A stretch of DNA of 64,000 nt. Source: the human T2T-CHM13v2.0 reference genome, Homo sapiens. The notes beneath the pieces were generated by a model. It ran no database searches and had not been told where the DNA came from. It saw only the letters and a program-made list of their open reading frames with translations. The first letter of the stretch is position 1, and each line of letters starts with the position of its first letter. Positions 1-16,885 of the stretch are shown here, piece after piece. Made by a program: the position numbers and the translations under genes. The stretch lies in NCBI RefSeq assembly GCF_009914755.1, contig NC_060933.1. One strand, given 5' to 3'.

Positions 1-89
1 GGGCCTGTGTTCCTGGCTGCTGGCTTCTCTGCCTTTCAGTGTCACAGCTGAAAACAGACCCGCCCAAAACAAGCAGCATAAAAGAAACA

Positions 90-790
90 ATTGATAGACC
101 TCCCCACGCTAAAATGTAACACTTCTAAATGACCTAAATGACCGCAGACACCATAAACAAGCTAAAAACAAGCTATAACCTGGGAGAAAATATTTGCAAT
201 TTATATAACAGATAAGGGATTAGCATCCAGAATATATAAAGAATTCTAGCAAATCAATAAGAAAAAGACAAATGGCCCAATAGAACACTCAGCAAATGAT
301 AAAAAACAGTCGATTTATAGAAAAGGAAATTCAAATGGCCAATAAACTTGAAGAATGTTCAATTTCACTAGTAATCAAGGAAATAAAACATTAAGTGACT
401 TTGAACTATATTTCACTCATCAGATTGGAAAAAAGAAATTAAAGCATTAAAGCTTGATATGAAATGTTAGTGAGAGTGTGTGGAATTCGGGACTCTTGGA
501 TCCTGCTGGTCACAATGGAAATTCGTATCACCGCTTTGAAGAACAAGAAATCCACTTGCCAGTATCTCCTCTGGAGATAATGTTTGCACATGTACACAAG
601 GAGACCTCTGTGAGGGTTTTTACTGAAGTACTTTCCATAAGAATAAAAAACTGGAGACAGCCCAAATGTCTATCAACAGGGAATTTGCTCAATAAACCAT
701 AGCATGGCCCTACTATGAAGTATTATGCAACCATTTAAAAGAATGGGGTAAATCTATGACATCACCTGGAGAGATATTGTTGGGCAAATA
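90..790 (+). mobile_element. Old L1M (L1ME-like) ORF2 3'/3'UTR fragment
   Basis: Typical L1 ORF2-end motifs (GGGAGAAAATATTTGCAA..., AGAATATATAAAGAA, CCCAAATGTCTATCAACAGG). Confidence 0.75.
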
Positions 791-975
791 AAGCAAGAGT
801 CAAATACTTAGAGTAGTACCTTTTATGTAGAGACAAAGAGGACGAGAAAAACAGAAACACCCAAAGTAATTTTTTAAAATTTTATATGAGTATGGATGCA
901 TAAAAAATACTTGAAACAATGATTCAAAAGGAAATACGAGTAGCAATCTCTGAGACTTCGGGAAAGGACTTTGTG

Positions 976-999
976 TGGTGGTGGTGGTGGTGGTGGTGG
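976..999 (+). repeat. (TGG)8 microsatellite
   Basis: Direct read. Confidence 0.95.
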
Positions 1000-1269
1000 T
1001 TATGGTTGAGAGAGTGGCAGGAAAGAATTAAAAGGGACTTGAGCTTTATCAATATTTTTGTATTTTTTACAGAAGACAAAAAGGAGAAAGTATTTATGAA
1101 CTGCTTGTATAATTGAAAATTAATTATTCATAAAGAGAAAAACAGGCTGTCTGGCAGCTCGGTGAACCCCCTCCCACTGACAGAAAGACAGTGCAGAGCT
1201 AGGAGCACACACATCCCACCACTGATGGGGGACAGTCATTTTTCAGGGCACATGGAGGGAGAAACAGTG

Positions 1270-1605
1270 GGTTAGTCAGGACAACCTAACTGCTGTAAAT
1301 AACAACACCAACATCTCAGTGCTTTAACACAAGTTTTTGTCTCACTCACTTCACAAGTTAATGCACAGTTGGGTGGAGGCTCTGTTCCACACAGTCACTT
1401 AGGGGCCCAGGCCCCTTCCATGTTATGGTTCTGTCATCTCATGGCGCTTTGCCTTTCAGGCCTAGAAGTAACCATACCTCACATTCTATTTGCCAGAACT
1501 GAGTCAAATGGTTTCACCTAACTGCGAAGGAGGCTGGGAAATGTAGTCTAGCTGGGTGCTAGGAAGAGGAAAATGGCTTGATGATCGTATAGCAGTCTCT
1601 GCTAC
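1270..1605 (-). mobile_element. MLT1 (J/K-like) MaLR LTR
   Basis: GCCAGAACTGAGTCA...CCTAACTGCGAAGGAGGCTGGGAAATGTAGTCT motif of old MLT1 LTRs. Confidence 0.65.
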
Positions 1606-2612
1606 ACTCAGCCCTGGTGGCTCCAGCTTCTATTTACACAGTTGTTTTAGGACATATCCCAGCCTGGCTTCTCACAATAAAATGGCACAGGGACCTATCA
1701 CCTATAAGCCATCTAAAAATTCAGGTCTTAAACGTAAACTGCCCAATTCTCCTTGCTTGGCACCCTGCAAGTAAATGCCTTCCTTTCTCCCACTACAAAC
1801 CTTGGTGTGGATATCTGGTCCTACTGTGCCAGGCAAGGGCACCCCACATTGGTTCGGGAGTCACTCTACTCCCAACAGCCTCTCCCCCAACCTCCCTGCA
1901 CCAAGCCATTTTCCCCAAGGCACCCTCAAGCTGTCAGTTTAGGAGGGGTTTCCAACTCTGACCATCCTCTAAGCCTAGACCCACCCTCTGTCCCCATCTC
2001 ACTGTCTTGGTAGTGTAGCAAAAAGGAAATCCTTCCCCAATCCCCACGTCCAAATGAAATGCCCACCCTATTTGTATGCCCCGAAGACTACTTTCTCCAG
2101 GAGGAATGTTCACCTTTTGCTACACAGGGCTGGGGAATGCAAATTCCACTCAGAAGCAACAGGAAACTTGGAAAAAGTTCTGAGTAGGGCACTGATGTGA
2201 CGAAATCCATGCCTCAGGAATTGGTGATGGGGCAGCAGTGAAGGGGTGAACCTGGTTTGGAGGTGATAACAGGGTCCTGCTGTGGTACTTGATGCGAAAG
2301 GATCACTTAGGCAAGTCTGGGGCATAGGAAGAAGACGAAGAAACACTCAGCTCTCCTCAAGATGTGTCCTTGTAGCTCCCAGCATCCGGAAATTAGGTCA
2401 GCTGAAGGGATGGACTTCCAGACACTGCCCAGTCTCTGACACAGGGCAGAGGAGCTAAGACAGGTGGGAGAAGCGCTTGGCAGAGGAGGGAGCCCTGGGT
2501 GAGCCCCCATTTTCTGAGAGGGAGCGGCTGGGCCATGGAACCAGAAGCAGTCCAGGGGAGGGGAAGCTGCATGCCAAGGCTATCTTGAGGGCAGGAATGT
2601 GGCCAGGGTGGG

Positions 2613-3768
<1,156 letters not shown>

Positions 3769-3774
3769 AGGCAT

Positions 3775-4064
<290 letters not shown>

Positions 4065-4159
4065 GGGAAAGCGTTTCGACTTGCTTTCTTCTTGACTGGG
4101 GATTTGAACTCTTCTGTAATCTGGCTCTATCTCTGATTCTGGTAGCAAATTGTCCCATG

Positions 4160-4370
4160 GTTTAGAGCTAGGCTTGAGCCAGGCTGCCTTGATTCAAGTC
4201 CCAGCTCAGCTTTTGCTGGCTGTGTGATCTCAGGCAAGTTACTTGACCTCTCTGGCCTCTATTTTGCCATCTCTTGAATGGGGATTTCGGTAACAGTACC
4301 TACTTCCAAGGGTTGTTGAGAAGGCTGGATGAGTGAATACCTGCAAAGTGTTTGCACAGCCCTTGAGATC
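4160..4370 (+). mobile_element. MIR
   Basis: MIR core (GCTGTGTGATCTCAGGCAAGTTACTTGACCTCTCTG). Confidence 0.75.
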
Positions 4371-4644
4371 TCCAAATGGAACTCAGCTGTGTGAGCTATT
4401 ATCACAGCATTTTCCACAATTCCACTGCCCAGTGGAGGAAGCCCCCAGGTGCCATCTCCTCTTGTATCTTGGTGCCACCAGGAAATTGGGCCAAACTCAG
4501 GCTGAGGAAGGGGCTGTGGGAAATGTGGCCCTGGGCTTCATGTCTGCAGGGGTCCATGCTGCCTCCAGGGCTCTGTGCAAGGCTGTGAAGGCGATAGTGG
4601 GTCTGGGGTGACACTGGGGGACATTGGGGGTCTCTTGGCCTCCA

Positions 4645-5038
4645 TGTCTGAATTCATTTGCCAGGGCTGCCATGACAAAGGACCGCAGACTGTGGCTTAC
4701 ACAACAGGAATTTATCTCCTCAGAGTTCTGGAGGCTGGAAGTCCAAGTCAAGTTGCCAGCAGGGTTGGTTTTTCCTAAGGCCTCACTCGGCGTGGAGATG
4801 GCTGTCTTCTCCCTGTGTCTTCACGTTCTTCCCTCTGTGTGTGTCTGCGTCCAGATCTCCTCTTCTCCTAGGGACACCAGTCCTACTGGATTAGGGACCT
4901 CACCCCAGTGACCTCATTTCAACCTTCATTACCTCTTTAAAGGCCCTCCCTCCAAACACAGCACATTCTGAGGTAGTGGGTGGGGGTTAGGACTTCAACA
5001 CATGAATTTTGAGAAAGACACAGTTTGGCCCACAACAA
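4645..5038 (-). mobile_element. MLT1A/B-like MaLR solo LTR
   Basis: GTTCTGGAGGCTGGAAGTCCAAG motif and CCCACAACA end. Confidence 0.8.
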
Positions 5039-5956
5039 TGTCTGTGAATGCTTGGCCATTCCTGGGCCCCTGTGACTGTGTGATTGCACATCTGTGCTTC
5101 TGTGTCAGAGTCTGTGTGTCTGTCTGTCTGTCTGTCTGAGCGTCTGACCATAAAGAACTCTGTCCTTGTGAATTTTTGGAGCTGGGACTCCTGGGTCTCG
5201 GCTGCCTTTGCTTATGAGACCTCGACAGGGTTCTGTGTGGACTTGACCATGTCTGTAAGTTGGCCTGCAATCCAGGATGTTATAGGTCAGGGAGACTGGG
5301 ACCTGTGCGAACAGGATCTGTCCCTGTCTGGGCCCCTGTGAATGTGGGTCCTATCATGCATCTCTCTATGGTCTGAAATCCAGCCATCTCTGAGCATGTG
5401 GCTGTAAGGCAGAATTTGAAAGGAGAGGGGAAGGATCATATTAATTTGAGATTTGAAAGGAGACAGAGTGTTTACAAAAGCAGAGGAACAGCGGGTTAAA
5501 CATCTGTTGACGATGACGGTGAGGACAGCAGCTGAGGCTGGGCCGGCTCCAGTGTGAGCTCTGTGGCATGTTGACATCTTTAAAACTGTCACAAAACCAG
5601 ATACAGAAGCAAAACAGTGGGACTGAGGGAATCTGCTGATGGGGGCCGGGGCGGGCAGTGCAGGAAGCAGAAGGGTCTGGGAGGGGGACTTCATGAAGAG
5701 GCCTCTTTGTCTCGGGACCAGGGAAGCGCACAGCTGACCCCTCCAACACTGACCTCTTTCTCTCTCTCCACCCATTTTCTCTGCAGCTGAAACAAATCTG
5801 TGCGCCCCAAGGCCTGGGGCTGTCGGGTGGGCATGGCCCTCCCTGCCAAGACGCCACCCAGACTGTGCTTGGGGCTCTACAGGAAGCTTCTGTGTTCCTC
5901 CCTACAAGCCTGCAAGGGGCAGACGGCAATTATTATTCCCATTTAAGAGTTGAGGA

Positions 5957-6270
<314 letters not shown>

Positions 6271-6278
6271 CTAGATGA

Positions 6279-6608
<330 letters not shown>

Positions 6609-7647
6609 TAACTCACACTAAGCAGGGCCTGTCTTCCCTGGGTCTCCTGTGAGCGCTGGGTTGTGTCTATAGAGCTGTTCCAAGCTTGCCTCCATGGGGA
6701 TCCAAGATTTTCCTCTGGTCCCAGGTGAGATTGCTTACTAATTTTGCAGGGTAAATGCCAGTGGCTCCAGACTTTATACTGGGGCATGCTCTAGCCCTGG
6801 ACTCCCATTATTTTTTCCATTCCTGGCCCAAGAGATTGGCAAGACTATTTCCCTCCTTTGCAGACCAGCAGGCAAAACTTTTCCCTACAAGTTTTGATAG
6901 GTAGAGCTGCTGTGCTTGTTTATTTGTAAGCATGGTACTTTCTAATTTCCATGATATCAAGGCTTTGGGCCCCATCTATGAGTTTTGACAAGGAGCATTT
7001 TCCAACCCAAGCATCCCAAAGGCCCTTGAACTTTTGGCTTTGACCCGTCATTGATTCACAAATCTTTTGTTTAATTTCCAAAGTTTCCTTTTTCTTCTGA
7101 TCTTTTGTCAGTTCTAACAGATTTTTAGAGTGGATACTAACTAGAAAGGATAGAGCTAGAGAGGTGTCTAGAGTTGTTATTTTAGTTGAATGTTTAACTA
7201 AATTGACAATGCCTGATTATCAGTATGCAGGCCAGTTATGGAGTGGCCAGGTCAAATCCCTGCTCCAGGACTGACTTAGCTGTGCCACTTGGATGCCCCA
7301 CTCCACTAATGGTCTCAGGCCACTGGCTGCTCATTGGGAGGACAGTGGGAGCCGTGGGCAGAGTTGTTCTGTCCCTCTTCCTCTGTGGCTCCTGGCTGTA
7401 TGCACATAGCACTGTTCCAGCCCATTGCATTCACAGGGCCCAAGGCTCCCAGCACCCTCCCTCTCCCCAGCAAGCCCCTCAACCTCACATTCTGCTCACT
7501 GTCCCAGCTCTGAATTTCCTCTTTCTCTGGTCCCTGGGGCTTCCTTTTTCTTGGCTAGGAACTCAACCATGCATTTATATTTTTTGTTTATATTTTATCG
7601 AGTATTGTAATGTATATAGAGCAGGAGGGGGGATTTCCCATATTGGC

Positions 7648-8010
7648 AGTTATGGCCTGAATGTATCCTCCCCAAATTCACATGTTGAAACCTGATCACC
7701 AAGGCGATGATATTAGAACGTGGGGCCTTTGGGAGGTAATTAGGTCACGAGGGCTCCATCCTGTGACTGGGGTTAATGCCCTTATAAAAGAGGCACCAAG
7801 GAGCTGCCGTTCCCTTCTGCCATGTAAGCACACAGCAAAGAGCCACCTATGAAGCAGAGACCCCTCACCGGAAACTGAATCTGCTGGCACCTTGATCTTG
7901 GACTTCCTGGTCCAAGATCCTGGTCCTAGAACTGTAAGAAATAAATGTCTTTTGTTGTAAATTATGCTGTCTAAGGGATCTTGTTACAGCAGCCTGAATG
8001 AACTGAGACA
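7648..8010 (+). mobile_element. MLT1A-like MaLR solo LTR
   Basis: TTATGGCCTGAATGT...CCCCAAATTCACATGTTGAAACC start; TGAACTGAGACA end. Confidence 0.8.
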
Positions 8011-8164
8011 TTGGCTCAGTGCACTGCATTAGTTAGAATCCCCAACACAATTAGCTACATGACTTTGAGCAAGATACATAATTTCTCTGAACCTCAGTTT
8101 CTTCGTGTATAAAATAAGTAGGTCCTACAATAAGAGTATCTATATAATAGGTTTTGTGGGTTTT

Positions 8165-8435
<271 letters not shown>

Positions 8436-8927
8436 TAAGGCTTGTGTAGACAGGTGTGCCAAGAGTTTAACATACATGGTGTCTGGAACAGGGTAGGTGC
8501 CCAATAAGTGATAGGTGCTATTGTCATTCCTGCTCCTGTTTTACATATAAAGGTCTGGGGCTTAGAGAGATTGAGTAGCTTGCCTAAAGTCACACAGCTG
8601 GACAGCAGTATAATCCCCAGATGTTTGAGTTTTCCCAGACCAGGAGCCAGACATGGGAGTGAATAGGTCTTCAGAATGACCTAGGCCGCAATCACTGTCT
8701 GAATACAACTTCATGAGAAACCCCAACTGCGAACTGCCTAGTAGAACCCAGCCAACTCCCAGATTTGTGAGCAAAGCAAACAATTCCTGTTATTGTAAGC
8801 CACTGTTTTAAGAAGGCTGGTCACACAAAACTAGATAACAGGAACCGTGTCCTAATGCTTACAGGGTACAGTTAACTCCTCAGCAGATGCAGGGAAACAC
8901 AGAGCTGCATCATTTGTTCATTCATCC

Positions 8928-9675
<748 letters not shown>

Positions 9676-9679
9676 CCAC

Positions 9680-10170
9680 TCACTCAACAAACATTTATGA
9701 GCTCTTGTGTGCCCTGGGCTCTTTGCTAAGCACTGGGGATTCAAGGGCAAATAAGACAGAAACATTGGAAAGATGGGAAATAAACAAAAACACCAGGTAG
9801 TGAGGCATTGAGATTAAAATAAAACTTGGTGAGATAGAATGACAAATGGGGCTTTTCAACTTTTAGATGATCAGGGAAGTTTGCTCTGAGGAGGTGGCAT
9901 TTAGGTTGAGGTGAATGTTAAGAGGAAATATTATCTGGAAGCAGACTATTCCAGGCAGAATGCAGATGCCACTGGGGGAGTGAGCTTGGTGTGTCTGAGC
10001 CTCCTTCAAGGGCCAGTGTGGCTGGAACAGGGTGGATGTGGGAGCCGAGGACAGGAGGGGGTACCTGAGAGGTAGGCAGGGGCCACAACACAGAGTGCTT
10101 TGTAGACCACTCAAAAGATTCTAGATTTTCTTCTAAATGCAATGGGAAGGCACCAGTGGGCATTTTTAGT
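9680..10170 (-). mobile_element. L2 fragment
   Basis: CACTCAACAAACATTTAT L2 3' end and typical L2 body motifs. Confidence 0.7.
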
Positions 10171-11059
10171 GAGTGGTGTATCAGTCAGAATGGGATAGGC
10201 ATGGTACAGTAACAAATAAACCCTAGAATCTCTGTGGTTTGCTCTGATAGACATTTATTTCTCTGCTACATCACAGTCTACCAGGTTTCTGGAAGGTTTC
10301 TTCTGAATGGTAAGCCAGGAGCCCAGGCTGCCTCCATCCTGTGGTTCCATCACCTTGTAGCTTCAAGGTCACTCTGAGGTTATCTACCTGAGGGCAGGTA
10401 GAAAGGGAAGAGAGAACGGGGAAGCCCACGAGGTACTTAACTACTGTAGCCTGGGATTAATATACAGCACTTCTGCTCACATCTCCATTGGCCAGAACCA
10501 GTCACATGGCCAACCTAACTGCAAGGGAGGTTGGGAAACATGAAGGAGCACACCAATATGCTCAAGGGCCCCAGAAGCCTCTACCACAGATGGCAAGGTA
10601 CTCTGATTATATTTTAATTGGCATTCTGGTTTCTGTGTGAGAAATTTAAATCATCAGTAGTGGGAGTTTCAGCCACATCAGGCTCTGAAATGACATCTTA
10701 ACTCCTTCCCCTTTGGGTTTGTCATTTGTGGCCTTATTTGCCGGGTAAATTTTACCTCCTGGAACAAAAAAGCATATGCTGAAAGTTGGTCCTAAAGGGA
10801 CATTTAGGTCAAAGCTGTAGTAAAGAGTTCAAAGACAAATGTTTAATCAGGAGGCCCTGATTCTCAGACCTTGGGATTTCAGGGACTGGAAAATTCCAAA
10901 AACAATTTGGCAAACCAACAAAGAGTTGCCTACAGAGAAGCCAACAAAGAGTTAGTCTGTCTCGTAAGTATCTATGCTGTCACCATAATTTCATAAAATA
11001 AAGTCCATCTTAAAATTTATCAGTTGGAAGGAAATAATAACACAATGAAGAACATTCCA

Positions 11060-11210
11060 GCCGGGCACAGTGGCCAATGCCTGTAATCCCAGCACTTTGG
11101 GAAGTGGAGGTGCAGGATCACTTGAGCCCAGGAGTTCAAGACCAACCTGGGCAACATAGCAAGACCCCATCCATTAAAAAAAAAAAGAAAAAAGAAAAGG
11201 AAAGAAAATA
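11060..11210 (+). mobile_element. FLAM-type Alu left monomer
   Basis: Single left monomer followed by an A-rich tail. Confidence 0.75.
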
Positions 11211-11502
11211 ACACACTTTTCATTGAAGAGACATTTGACAAATTTGCACATATCACACACACATGCACATGTACCACACACTCGCCAGATATTCACAGGT
11301 ACTATACATTAGTTGGCCTTCTGGAATTGCCCATGAGAATCTTTTATCATCATTAAATAAGTGAATCTGTGCGATGACCCACTGTGGAAATACATGGAGT
11401 TGCCTGTGTGAGAAGCTGCTTGATGATAAATTACCATCTTTCATTCAAAGAATCACCCTAAAAACTTTCAATTTGGGAGTTATACTTAAAATCAGTTTGT
11501 CA

Positions 11503-11680
11503 GCCAGGCACAGTGGCATGCACCTGTAGTTCCAGCTACTCGGGAGGCTGAGACAGGAGGATCACTTGAGGTCAGGAGTTCCAGGATGCAGTGTGTGATG
11601 ATTGTGTCTGTGAATAGCCACTGCACTCCAGCCTGGGCAACATAGCAAGATCCTGTCTCTAAAGTAAAAAATAAATGAAA
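11503..11680 (+). mobile_element. FAM (fossil Alu monomer)
   Basis: Monomer retaining the 7SL-derived TGTGAATAGCCACTGCACTCCAGCC; TSD TAAAATCAGTTTG / TAAAATCATTTTG. Confidence 0.8.
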
Positions 11681-13279
11681 TAAAATCATTTTGGCTTCTT
11701 TTACTGGGGCATCTTAATATTCACCTCGTGTCCCTCTCAACTGGTAGCCATATAGGCCTCTTGTGTTAATAACTGCTTACCTATTTGTGGTGTCTTTCCT
11801 CTTGGTGCCCTCAAAGTGAATTTTGTGCATACCATGTAGCTTCAGTTTTAAGCCAGAGTATTCCAAACATCCACTTACATTCAACATGTCCGGTCATTTT
11901 CATGCGTTGTGGTAACACACAGACAGAAATGCAATTCTGTTTCTATCATGCCACATTGTCCCTATTTCTCATTTCCCTACTTGCATGTCCATCTCATTGA
12001 CAAGCGCTGGTCTGTGAACTCGTGCTTGGAGGCTATAGGGCTGGGCGTGCAACAGGAGCCAAAAGCCAAAGCCAAACACGGTGGTCTAGGAACTGTGATT
12101 CTGAGAGTCAAGGGTGGCCACATGGGCAATGGGCAGAAGCCTGGGTGAAGACAAGAAGAGTAGGCACAGGGCTTAGTGCTTAGTGAGAGGCTATGGAGGA
12201 CCTTGAAGGGTAAGCTAGGAGACCTAGGGATCTGTCAGGACCTGTAGGAGCCGGCCAGACTCCATTCACTTCTGGAGCCTTCCTTCACCAGGTCCCCTTG
12301 AGTCCCCATCCCTGCAGTCAGACTGTCTTCCCTGCCATCCCCACACAAGACCTCTTTCTTATATTTTTGTGACCTTTGCCCATGACCTTCCTGCCTGAAG
12401 CATCTCCTTCCTGGGCCCCTGCCCCACCACTTCCGCTTGGCCAATGTGTATGTATCCTTCACAAGGAACAGGCCTGTTCTTCCACACAGCTAAAAATAAG
12501 TTTGGCGCTCAGTAGAGGCACCTTCTTTACTGTCCTAAGCCTTGAAGCTGACAACTTGGAGGTGAGGCATAAGAGAAAAAGAGGAGGAGAAGATGGCGCC
12601 CAGGTTATTGGCTGAGCAACTGGAAAGATGGAGCTCCCGATGGATGGGGTGGGGAAGACCGAGGGAGGAGAAGGTTTGAAAGGGATGACCAGAGCTGAGG
12701 TCTAGATGTGGGATGCCCACAAGCTATTCAAATGGACATGTCAGGTAGGCTGTTGGATATACATGTTTGGGGTTCAGGGAAGAGGACCAGGCTAAAGGCA
12801 TCAATTTGAGAATCACTAGCATAATTGGATTTAAAAGAACTTTTGGATGAGGTTATGTGGGATGTGGCTCCCACTAGCCCTCAGCCTGGGACACTAGATC
12901 CTTCCAACTGGGCGTCATCCACCAACCGAGCCTCATGCCTTCCCCTCCCACCTGTGCACCCTTCACACTGGCCCCAGCAAACCTCTCATCCTCCTGCACC
13001 CTGCACTTGGGGACAGGTTTCCTGGCTTGTCTGCCTATTGACTGCCCCTCGTTTCTCAAGGACTGGCTCATACCTTCTTTTTCTTTGTAGCTTCTTCCTG
13101 GAAGAGTGAATATTTCTATTCTTACTTTTCCCACAGCATTTTGACTGTATGTATTGATACCCTTGGCAAATGACCTCACACTATGTTATAATACCTGTGT
13201 TGTGGATAAATATTTTGAAAGAGTGTTTTCTCCTTGGCAATTCCTTCTAGCACCTTAACCTGGTTCTCATCCCTCTTTA

Positions 13280-13610
<331 letters not shown>

Positions 13611-13729
13611 GTTAGGCTTCATATCTCAAGGAAGAAGTGATACAAAACAAAAACAAAAAATAAACAGCAAAACAAAAGGTTAATTTTGTAGCTTTGAGTT
13701 TTTACATTTCACTACTAAAAATCTATGGC

Positions 13730-15590
13730 ATCAAGAGAATGAGAAGACAAGCCACAGACTGGTAGAAAATATTTGCAAAAGATATAACTGATAAAGGACT
13801 ATTATTCAAAATATGTAAAGAGCTCTTAAAAGTCAACAATAAGAAAAAAATGATTTAAAAATGGGCCAAAGACCTTAACAGACACCTCACCAAAGAAGAT
13901 GACAAAATAAGCACATGGAAATATGCTTCACATCATATGTCAGTAGAGAATTGCAAATTGAAACAACAATGAGATACCTCTATGCAGCTATTGGAATGGC
14001 CAAAATTCAGAACACCGACAATAACAAATGCTGACAAGGATGTAGAGCAACAGGAACTCTCATTCATTGCTAGTGGGAATGCAAAATGGTACAGCTACCT
14101 TGGAAGACAGTTTAGCAGTTTCTTGCAAAACTAGACCTACTCTTGGCGTACAGTCTAGCAGTCAGGCTCCTTGGTATTTACTCAAAGGAGCTGAAAACAT
14201 GTCCACACAAAAACCTCCACGTGATGTTTACAGCAGCTTTGTTCATAATTGCCAAAACCTGGAAACAATCAAGAAGCCCTTCAGTCAGTGAATGAATAAA
14301 CTGTGATACATCCAGTCAATGGAATATTGTTCAGCCCTAAAAAGAAATGAGCTATCAAGCCATGAAAAGACATGGAGGAAACTTAAATGCATATCACTAA
14401 GTGAAAGCAGGCAATCTGAAGAGGCTACATACGTATTGTTGCCAGCATTGAATCCATATCTGTACAGGTCTGCAGCAACCTCAATTCTTGCCTCTTCAGA
14501 AGAAAGAACTCAACTGAGGGGCATAAGGCAGAAGCAGAGACCGAGGCAAGTTTTAGAACAGGAGTGAAAGTTTATTAGAAAGCTTTAGAACAGGAATAAA
14601 AGGCAGTAAAGTACACTTGGAAAAGGACCAAGCAGGCGACTTCAGAGATCAAGTGTGCGGTTTGGCCTTTTGACTTGGGGTTTTATACGTGTGCGTATTT
14701 TCAGGGTCTTGCTTCTCTTATCCCCTGATTCTTCCGTTGGGTGGGCTGTCCACATGCACAGTGGCCTGCTAGCGCTTGGGAGGGGAGCATGCGCACTGTG
14801 TTTACTGGAGTTGTACTTATGCTCACTCGAGACATTCCTCCCTTACCAGTCTAGCATTCCTAGAGGAAGATCATTTACCAGTTAAACTCCACCATTTTGC
14901 CTCTTAATGCTTATGCTTGAGCCCACTCGCCCAACTCCTGAGATCTTATTTGGAAGCTGCTGATCACCAGTTTCAGGTGTTCTCTGACTGTTAGAAGACT
15001 ACCTTTCCCTAGCAACGGATGTTACCAATTATTATTTTACAGAGACAGTCAACAACCACCTGACCATCACCTGATTGTCACCTGACATTCCTGCTGTATG
15101 TGTGTGGGTGGGTGGGGGGGAACACTCTCCTGCCCTGCTCATGCCTGACCAGCTACCCACTGTAACAGTATGATTCCAACTAGATGATATTCTGGAAAAG
15201 GCAAAAAGGTGAAGACAGTAAAAAGGTCAGTGGTTGCCAAGGGTCAGGAGGGAGAGAGGAATGAACAGGCAGAACACAGGATTTTTAGGGCAGTGAAACT
15301 ATTCTGTGTGATACGCTAGTGGTGGACATAAATCATTATACATTTTTTCAAACCCATAGAATGTATACCACAAGAATGAGCCCTAACGTAAACTATGGAC
15401 TTTGGGTGACGATGCTGTTTTAACATAGGTTCATCTGTTGTAACAAATGTACCACTCTGGTGGTGGATGTTGACAGTGGGGAGGCACAAGGGGGCAGTAG
15501 GGTGGCAAGGGTGGCAAACCTCTGTACTTTCTGCTCAACATTACTGCGAACCTCAAACTGCTCTAAAAAATAGAGTCTATTAACAAAAAA
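13730..15590 (+). mobile_element. L1MC-like 3' end, interrupted by an ERV1 solo LTR
   Basis: L1 ORF2-end and 3'UTR motifs continuing on both sides of 14437-15167. Confidence 0.8.
14437..15167 (-). mobile_element. ERV1-class solo LTR (MER50-like, 731 bp)
   Basis: TG...CA termini with 4-bp TSD GTAT (14433-14436 / 15168-15171); family name from memory. Confidence 0.8.
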
Positions 15591-16885
15591 TAGTTAAGAC
15601 CAAAAAAAAAAATGTCATGGCAGAGAAATAGTCTGAAAGACCATATGTTTTTTACTTTTTTTAAAAAAAGAAAGCTTCCTGGAATGGGTGTGAATGTGAG
15701 GAAGGCTTGGAAGATAAAGCCAGAGGGTTTGGATACTAATTGTGGGATGGGGTGAGCTTGGGATGGGGCAAGCTGGAGATGGCACAGCCATGCTCCTTGA
15801 GTTCCAGAACCAACTGAGGTGGGGTTAGGGGCTAGTAGAGGAGATAAGCAAACAGAATCATAACACAGCTTTGGGCCAACACATGGGTTGATTTTCCCAG
15901 GACCACCCATTTTCTTGGCAACCTGTTCTTTCTGCAGGAGCAGCTGTGTTCTTTAATGACCCTGTCCCTCTAAATGGCCTTGATCAGGCCAGAGTGGTCA
16001 CCTGGTCATAGCTAGGCCCATTGGAATCTTTTCCCAGGATTTTTAAAGTGAATCTTAGACAGCCAATTTTTATTTAGTGGTAGAAGCAATAAGAGGATAT
16101 AAAACTGTCAGCAGTCTGATTCTGCCATGTGGAAGAAGAAGGTCTGTAATGAGAGAATGAAGCTGAGATAAAGGAAGCTCTGGGTTTCTGGTGTCAGTTC
16201 TTCCTGAGTACACCTGCAGCCCTAACCTTCCTGAGGTTTGCCTGGCCCAGGGAAGTGGGCACATAGATGTGATGCGATCCTGCCCTCTGTCCCAGTTTAT
16301 TGGGTCTGGGGTAGTTCTGACCTTTACTGGGCCTGTCAGATCATCTCTCTGAAAGTCTGGAATTGGAGCTTAGAGATGCCTTGTCACTGTCTGCAGGCCA
16401 CTGGGACTGATGTGATATAGACTGTGGGCTGAGAACACCATCATGGCAGCAATTGTTAGACTGTGGACAGGGAGGAGAAGAAGAGAAAAGTCGTTGTTAG
16501 AAAGGGCAAAAAACAAAGGCAGACACAGGGAAAAGGGGAAACAGGAGGAAACATAGCCCTGGAAGAGGCCTGGAAATGTGCCTGCCGTACGAGACTGCTT
16601 CCGTGAGAGAATCCCAGTTTGTTCCATGAATTCTGTTTTATGCCTAACTGGGTTTGAGAGCATTTCTGTTACGGAAAACCAAATGATCACTGAACAACAT
16701 CTGAATCTCCCTACAGCCTGTGAATATCTTGAGGGCACAACTGACTCTGCTCGTCTCTCTAAATCCAGAAGCTTGGCCTGGACTCCCAGTGAGAGAGTGA
16801 AGAAACAACCATTGTCCTGAGAATCAGGGCTCTATCCAACACAATGCGCTTCAGGACTCTGGAAATCCTGCTCCAGAGTTTTGTA

